Of a stretch of DNA of 64,000 bases, positions 59,364 to 64,000 are shown one piece after another; within the stretch, counting starts at the first letter, position 1, and every line of letters starts with the position of its first letter. This DNA is from a bacterium (GTDB lineage Bacteria > Electryoneota > JAOADG01), in contig OY820579.1 in the NCBI GenBank assembly GCA_963681965.1, forward strand, positions 3,616,001-3,680,000, given 5' to 3'. Below the pieces are notes generated by a model. The model saw only the letters and a list, made by a program, of their open reading frames with translations. It ran no database searches and was not told the origin of the DNA. The position numbers and the translations under genes are program-made.

Positions 59364-59735
59364 CTACGCGCCGGAGACCTCGAGTAGCATTTTGACTTTG
59401 GTGAGGAACGATTCCTGAGTGAAGGGTTTGATGAGGTAATCGTTCACGCCGGCATTCAGCGCGCTCAGGACTTCTTCGCGTTCCCCTTCGGTAGTCGCCA
59501 TCAAAATTGGCATGTGCGAGAAATTGGGGATATTGCGGACAAATTGAACGAGATGCAACCCATCCATCTTCGGCATCTGCCAATCGGTGATCAACAACGA
59601 AGTCTCTTCATCGAGTATTTTTACGGCAGCCATACCGTCAGCTGCTTCGATCACATGATCGAAGCCGTTCATGTTCAAGACCCGAACCATCATTTTTCGC
59701 TGAATCGCCGAATCGTCGACTACCAGAATTTTCAT
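59364..59735 (-). CDS. Single-domain CheY-like response regulator
   Basis: KILVVDDS, ITDWQMPKMDG and YLIKPF motifs. Confidence 0.93.
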   Translation of the reverse strand: MKILVVDDSAIQRKMMVRVLNMNGFDHVIEAADGMAAVKILDEETSLLITDWQMPKMDGLHLVQFVRNIPNFSHMPILMATTEGEREEVLSALNAGVNDYLIKPFTQESFLTKVKMLLEVSGA

Positions 59736-59964
59736 GCTCGTCCCGAATTGTTAAAATTCGCCGATCAATCTTAAATCGAATAAATTAATGTACAAAAAAA
59801 TCTTTCAACGTCAACACATTAATCTATTTTTCGAAAATTCATTGATCCCTACTTTACCTCATGAGAGTGAATGTCTTTCGATTCGTTTGGATCACTTCCG
59901 ATTCCTACTGGAATTTGGGTCGGTCGCATTCGTCCACCGCGAAACATCAATCGCGCTGTCAGAG

Positions 59965-59997
59965 ACACAAAGCACACTCATAGAGTGTGCTTTGTGT
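59965..59997. other. Perfect 15-bp-stem inverted repeat
   Basis: ACACAAAGCACACTC-ATA-GAGTGTGCTTTGTGT just downstream of the epimerase gene. Confidence 0.75.
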
Positions 59998-60019
59998 AAA
60001 ATTTGTCGAGAAAATCGAC

Positions 60020-60487
60020 CTACCCCATTTTAATATCCCAGTCATAGGGAATTTCCGGATCGTTGAAGGGACGGCGATACTCGTCGGGATTCTGGTAGTT
60101 GTAGGGTTCGGTCACAGTATTGACCGTGATCGATGGATACACTGAAATCCCTTTCCAGCCGTGGTATACGCCCGGTGGAATTTTCACGGCGATGGGATTA
60201 TGCTCGCCGATAAAAAATTCGTTGACGAGTCCCTTTGTCGGCGAACCGTCGCGAGCATCGTACAGCGCCATCTTGATCATCCCGTGGATGCAGGTGGCGA
60301 AATCGGTCTGGATCGCGTGGTAGTGCCACCCTTTGATGACGCCGGGATTGTTCGTCGTCATGTAGACCTGTCCGAATTTTTCGAAGTGAGGATCGTCGCA
60401 GCGGAGGATCTCAGTCAGATGACCGCGCTCGTCGGCGACTTTTCGTAGCGGAACCACCAGGACTCCGTCAATCAATTTCTGGGGCAT
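60020..60487 (-). CDS. dTDP-4-dehydrorhamnose 3,5-epimerase family (RmlC-like cupin)
   Basis: DERG, PGVIKGWHYH, YDARDGSPT and IPPGVYHG motifs. Confidence 0.85.
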   Translation of the reverse strand: MPQKLIDGVLVVPLRKVADERGHLTEILRCDDPHFEKFGQVYMTTNNPGVIKGWHYHAIQTDFATCIHGMIKMALYDARDGSPTKGLVNEFFIGEHNPIAVKIPPGVYHGWKGISVYPSITVNTVTEPYNYQNPDEYRRPFNDPEIPYDWDIKMG

Positions 60488-60546
60488 TGTTTATTCCTTG
60501 GAAATATTCTATATCGTATCTCTTGGAAATAAGTTGTTATCGTTAG

Positions 60547-60573
60547 TAGGGGCGGCTCCCCGCGGCCGTCCGC
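60547..60573. repeat. Single GTAG-type REP-like palindrome
   Basis: GTAGGGGCGGCTCCCCGCGGCCGTCC, related to the copies at 18722 and 44793. Confidence 0.65.
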
Positions 60574-60891
60574 CTGTCAGGCAAAGGCTGACGCCGAAAT
60601 CGACAACTTACTATATCTTAAGAACCACTATACATATTACGAAATTTGACGACCAAAATCGAATGGCACCGCATCATACGGTAATATGTCATCATCCTAC
60701 CGACAATTACTCCGATTCCACAGATATACAAGTAATTTGGTTTCGAATGAATCTATGCAAACAGGTTCAATTCTTGCTCTTGAGCCATCTCATCTCCGCA
60801 AATCTCGTCATCCAGGATAAATTACCAACAAAATATTCGGATTCACCAGTGGCAATACGTCTCCATTAATACGGAGAATCACATCGGTCCA

Positions 60892-61164
60892 TTACTTCGA
60901 GAAATCCTTGATAATCTCGATCACACAAAATACAATTGCGATTATTGTCATCACCCAGCTCAGATATGTAAGGAATTTGAGCTGTTTGGTTCGATTATAA
61001 AACTCATTAATCGCTGTCAAAGCCAGCAGCAGCATTCCCGTACCGATAAAATATGATCGACTCTGATAACTAGTGTATGATAGGAAAACCCACGCCGCGA
61101 GTTGCAACGTCAAAATTAGCTTTGGAGAAATTGGTGCCTTCTTGATCTCTTGTTTCGGTTCCAT
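60892..61164 (-). CDS. Small 3-TM membrane protein (90 aa)
   Basis: ATG 61164 (MEPKQEIKK) behind GGGAG. Three hydrophobic segments. Confidence 0.65.
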   Translation of the reverse strand: MEPKQEIKKAPISPKLILTLQLAAWVFLSYTSYQSRSYFIGTGMLLLALTAINEFYNRTKQLKFLTYLSWVMTIIAIVFCVIEIIKDFSK

Positions 61165-61223
61165 TTGATCTCCCAGTTGTGATGATTCGGTATTCGTTAC
61201 TTCACCAATGATCGAAACACATT

Positions 61224-61496
61224 TCAGAGTTTGGAAAAATTCATTAAGAATAGAATTAATAAAACCAATGCAACAAAGATCGCTGACCGAGATAAGTATT
61301 TGTGTAATTTTGGGTTTTTCTTCTGGATGAGCATTTCGCTCAAACTGATCGCCAAGAGCATCACCCAAACGCCAGCGATCAAATAAAATTTCGAAAGAAT
61401 GAAACAAATAACCACTAACCCATACCCAAACACCATAATCAGGTCGAAGTTAAACCGAGCCTTTTTTTTTGGTTGTACCTCTTGTTCCGGTTCCAC
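61224..61496 (-). CDS. Small 3-TM membrane protein (90 aa), probable paralog of the neighbour
   Basis: GTG start behind GGAGG (MEPEQEVQPKKK). Same length and topology as the neighbour. Confidence 0.65.
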   Translation of the reverse strand: MEPEQEVQPKKKARFNFDLIMVFGYGLVVICFILSKFYLIAGVWVMLLAISLSEMLIQKKNPKLHKYLSRSAIFVALVLLILFLMNFSKL

Positions 61497-61590
61497 ATGA
61501 CCTCCAAAATGACGATCGAATTTCCTTTACCTAATCAGCGAATAGAGTAAAAGCGAAATAATCTTCACTGCTTGAAAATCGTGTTTAATT

Positions 61591-62247
61591 CTACAAAACC
61601 TGCATCCAATCTGCGAGCAAAAAGAAGATCCGGTCGATCAATAATGCGATACGTGTCATCACCGTATAACCGTATCCCGCACCGAAACCGATCATCAGCA
61701 ATCCGGTACCGATCTTTGCAATCGATCCCCAGCTCCCCTTGTGCTCCTTCGAGAAAAAGAAATACACCAGAATCGTCAGCAGACCGACAACCGTGATGAA
61801 ATTAGTGCAGACATGCAGCAGAGTGATGATACCGGGGTGTTGCTGGAACTTGGCAATTTCGGCGGCATCGTACAACGGAATCATGCTGGCACGTATCTGC
61901 GATAGAAAATCGGCTTCGGCGAATGCCACCACCGCCAATCCGGCATAGATCCCGACAATGGCTGCCAGCGACCAGCGCGACAACCACGAGATCTTGTCGA
62001 CAAACCGGGTAAAGAGCAAAACGCTGAAGATCGCCGGAACGATCAACCACCAGTCTTTACCGGAAAAGAGTGGATCAGTCAGATTCGGACGGAGCGTATT
62101 GTGCCACGACAACGCGAGGATATACCCGGCTGCCACACCAACAAACAGATGTTCGGCGAATTTATAAAACGGATTGTCCTTGTACAGAAATGAGAGGATC
62201 ATGAGCGTGAGTGCCGCAGCGATCCAAATGCCGATATCGTGACTCAT
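61591..62247 (-). CDS. Multi-pass membrane protein of the DUF6754-type operon
   Basis: LTLMILSFLYKDNPFYKFAEHLFVG, YFFFS and FGAGYGYTVMTR. ATGA overlap with the upstream gene. Confidence 0.8.
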   Translation of the reverse strand: MSHDIGIWIAAALTLMILSFLYKDNPFYKFAEHLFVGVAAGYILALSWHNTLRPNLTDPLFSGKDWWLIVPAIFSVLLFTRFVDKISWLSRWSLAAIVGIYAGLAVVAFAEADFLSQIRASMIPLYDAAEIAKFQQHPGIITLLHVCTNFITVVGLLTILVYFFFSKEHKGSWGSIAKIGTGLLMIGFGAGYGYTVMTRIALLIDRIFFLLADWMQVL

Positions 62248-63086
62248 GACTGCCCCCCTTTCTTGCGCGATGCGAACCAGGCAATATTGCCGATCACGAT
62301 CAGAACAATGATGAACGTGTGACCGAACGCTTGAGCATCAGTCGCTTTCGCTGCCAGCGCTCGTCTGCCGATCAGCTCCTCATATTCAGCAGCGCCGGTA
62401 ATACCGGTCAGCATTCCCTTCAATTGTCCCGAATTGTAATATGCTGAATACTCCGGTACCGAAACCGCCGCAGCGCCAGCGATTAGATTCAGATTGAACC
62501 GTCCCTGCGCATATTGCACATATTCTTTGGTGCCGGGATATCCGACTGAAATCGAAACGACTGCCTTAAAGCTGTTGTAATTCTCTACCCCTTGCATGAT
62601 CGGCGCTTTCGCCACGGGATTGCCGCGGTAATCGACCGGGAACGCCTTCTGCAGTGCTCGACCCATCTCGACGATCGTCGCTTCGCGACCGTCTTTGTAT
62701 CCAAGATTAATATAGTCGACCCCCTCTTTCAGGTTCGGATACATTTTCTTCATTTCGGCAATCGCGCGTTCCGCCATCGGTGGACTGGATGCGTAAAGAC
62801 TCAAAATCACGACCCGCAATTTCTTGCTGAAGATGTGATACAATACCGCTTCGGTCATCGGATACAGTTCCGCTTTCGAACCGGGGTCGTAATCGTTGGA
62901 GATCATCACCAGCGATCCGGGTGGGAGCGCTTCGATATTCGAGAAGAATTTTTCAACCGGTTCCGAAGCGTGTAGCGGCAGATTGATCGGAAACAACAGC
63001 GGCAGCGTGATCACAATCAGCACGGTTAGATAAATCCACCGTTTGTCGATCGAAGAGACTTTTTCCCAGAAGGATTTTTTCATCAT
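62244..63086 (-). CDS. Membrane protein with large soluble domain (DUF6754-type operon)
   Basis: N- and C-terminal TMs. DYDPGSKAELYP, DYINLGY and SGQLKGMLTGITGAAEYE. ATGA overlap. Confidence 0.8.
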   Translation of the reverse strand: MMKKSFWEKVSSIDKRWIYLTVLIVITLPLLFPINLPLHASEPVEKFFSNIEALPPGSLVMISNDYDPGSKAELYPMTEAVLYHIFSKKLRVVILSLYASSPPMAERAIAEMKKMYPNLKEGVDYINLGYKDGREATIVEMGRALQKAFPVDYRGNPVAKAPIMQGVENYNSFKAVVSISVGYPGTKEYVQYAQGRFNLNLIAGAAAVSVPEYSAYYNSGQLKGMLTGITGAAEYEELIGRRALAAKATDAQAFGHTFIIVLIVIGNIAWFASRKKGGQS

Positions 63087-63709
63087 TCACCCCCTCCGAG
63101 CCAGCTCCGTTCAATCCCGAAAATCATCTTGAGTCCGGTTGCAACCGCACCCATCGCAGCACCGATCATGATCGCGCGTTGCGCTACGGTATTCGGCACA
63201 TTCATGATCCAATCGACCAAGGAGGGAAAATCGCTCCAGAGCATCCGCCCGAACGGCACCCTACCAAGCATCACGATCATCGCCGTCAATGCCAGCAGCC
63301 ACGCCTGCCAGCTTCGAACCCGGAAAGCACGAAATGCCGCCGATGCAATAAAAAACGCCAGTGACGCATACATCGTCGATGCCATCGGTGTGTAGAAATT
63401 GAAATAGATCATGTCGTTGCAGAAGGTACCCGGTTCGATGCCCCAGAAGATCCCGCTGATCGCAGTCACCACCAATGACACCAGAATCACCCATTTATAC
63501 AACCAGTCTTCCTTGCGACCGATTGCCTGACTGAATGACACGCGCGCAAGATTCGCGACGCCGAGAATCGATGCCGCGGAGGTAATGATGATCGCCCACT
63601 GCTGAATTGTGCCGGCAGCATCGTTCACGCGGTAATGCACAAACAGGTACTGCACGATCATGAACAGACCGAAAACAAATAGAATGAAAATTGGAATTTC
63701 CCGTTTCAT
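63083..63709 (-). CDS. Multi-pass membrane protein (DUF6754-type operon)
   Basis: ATG 63709 behind GAGGGG. SLAFFIASAAFRAFRVRS, MLGRVP and PNTVAQRAIMIG. Confidence 0.8.
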   Translation of the reverse strand: MKREIPIFILFVFGLFMIVQYLFVHYRVNDAAGTIQQWAIIITSAASILGVANLARVSFSQAIGRKEDWLYKWVILVSLVVTAISGIFWGIEPGTFCNDMIYFNFYTPMASTMYASLAFFIASAAFRAFRVRSWQAWLLALTAMIVMLGRVPFGRMLWSDFPSLVDWIMNVPNTVAQRAIMIGAAMGAVATGLKMIFGIERSWLGGGE

Positions 63710-63716
63710 GCGCCCC

Positions 63717-64000
63717 TCACAGTTCAAGCAGTTGCGTCAACCAGTGCACGCCGCAGGTTTCTAGCAGCGTTCCGATTCCGATGAAGATCATTGCCGCGAC
63801 TTTCATCCAGTCGGTCCCCTTCAGCGTACCGAGCAGTGCGGGATCGCCACTGATGTAAGAACTTGCGGCAAAAAACTCTTCGCCGATCAGCGTGTAATCG
63901 CACGCCACGACGAAGAACGGCAACTGGTGGACATTCGAGGTACCGGCAATCTGGATCGCGCCGGTCGAAAACCCGACTTCACTGAGGATCAGCGATTCCG
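63717..64000 (-). CDS. DUF6754-like domain protein, C-terminal part (truncated by window edge)
   Basis: Open frame from the edge: ESLILSEVG..IQIAGT..QLPFFVVACDYTLIGEEFFAASSYIS. Confidence 0.72.
   Translation of the reverse strand, partial: ESLILSEVGFSTGAIQIAGTSNVHQLPFFVVACDYTLIGEEFFAASSYISGDPALLGTLKGTDWMKVAAMIFIGIGTLLETCGVHWLTQLLEL

Overview
Chromosomal window (about 50% GC) from a diderm bacterium. LVIVD-repeat proteins with T9SS-like C-terminal domains and several Omp85-type genes suggest an FCB-group lineage (inference). Left to right: (1) a synthase-dependent exopolysaccharide operon with a KaiC/RecA-like + pseudo-REC + degenerate GGDEF protein (BcsE-like architecture), a TPR/beta-barrel exporter, a PgaC/IcaA-like GT2 and a Pro-rich membrane protein, plus a divergently transcribed GH9; (2) housekeeping genes asd, comM/yifB, pgeF, mutM, a GAF protein and clpB; (3) a small variable patch with a REP mosaic, an LVIVD pseudogene, an AT-rich orphan and a methyltransferase between two identical terminators; (4) a dcw cluster (mraZ to ftsZ) lacking mraY, murG and ddl; (5) a DUF4139/TolB-like lipoprotein/S8 protease operon; (6) two LVIVD paralogs with near-identical C-termini, bracketed by REP mosaics; (7) a four-gene outer-membrane cluster with three predicted barrel proteins; (8) glgA, a diguanylate cyclase, a GNAT, a CheY-like regulator and an RmlC-like epimerase; (9) the end of a translationally coupled DUF6754-type membrane operon. 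I recognised no rRNA, tRNA, CRISPR array or transposase. All family calls come from motif recognition by eye, not database searches.
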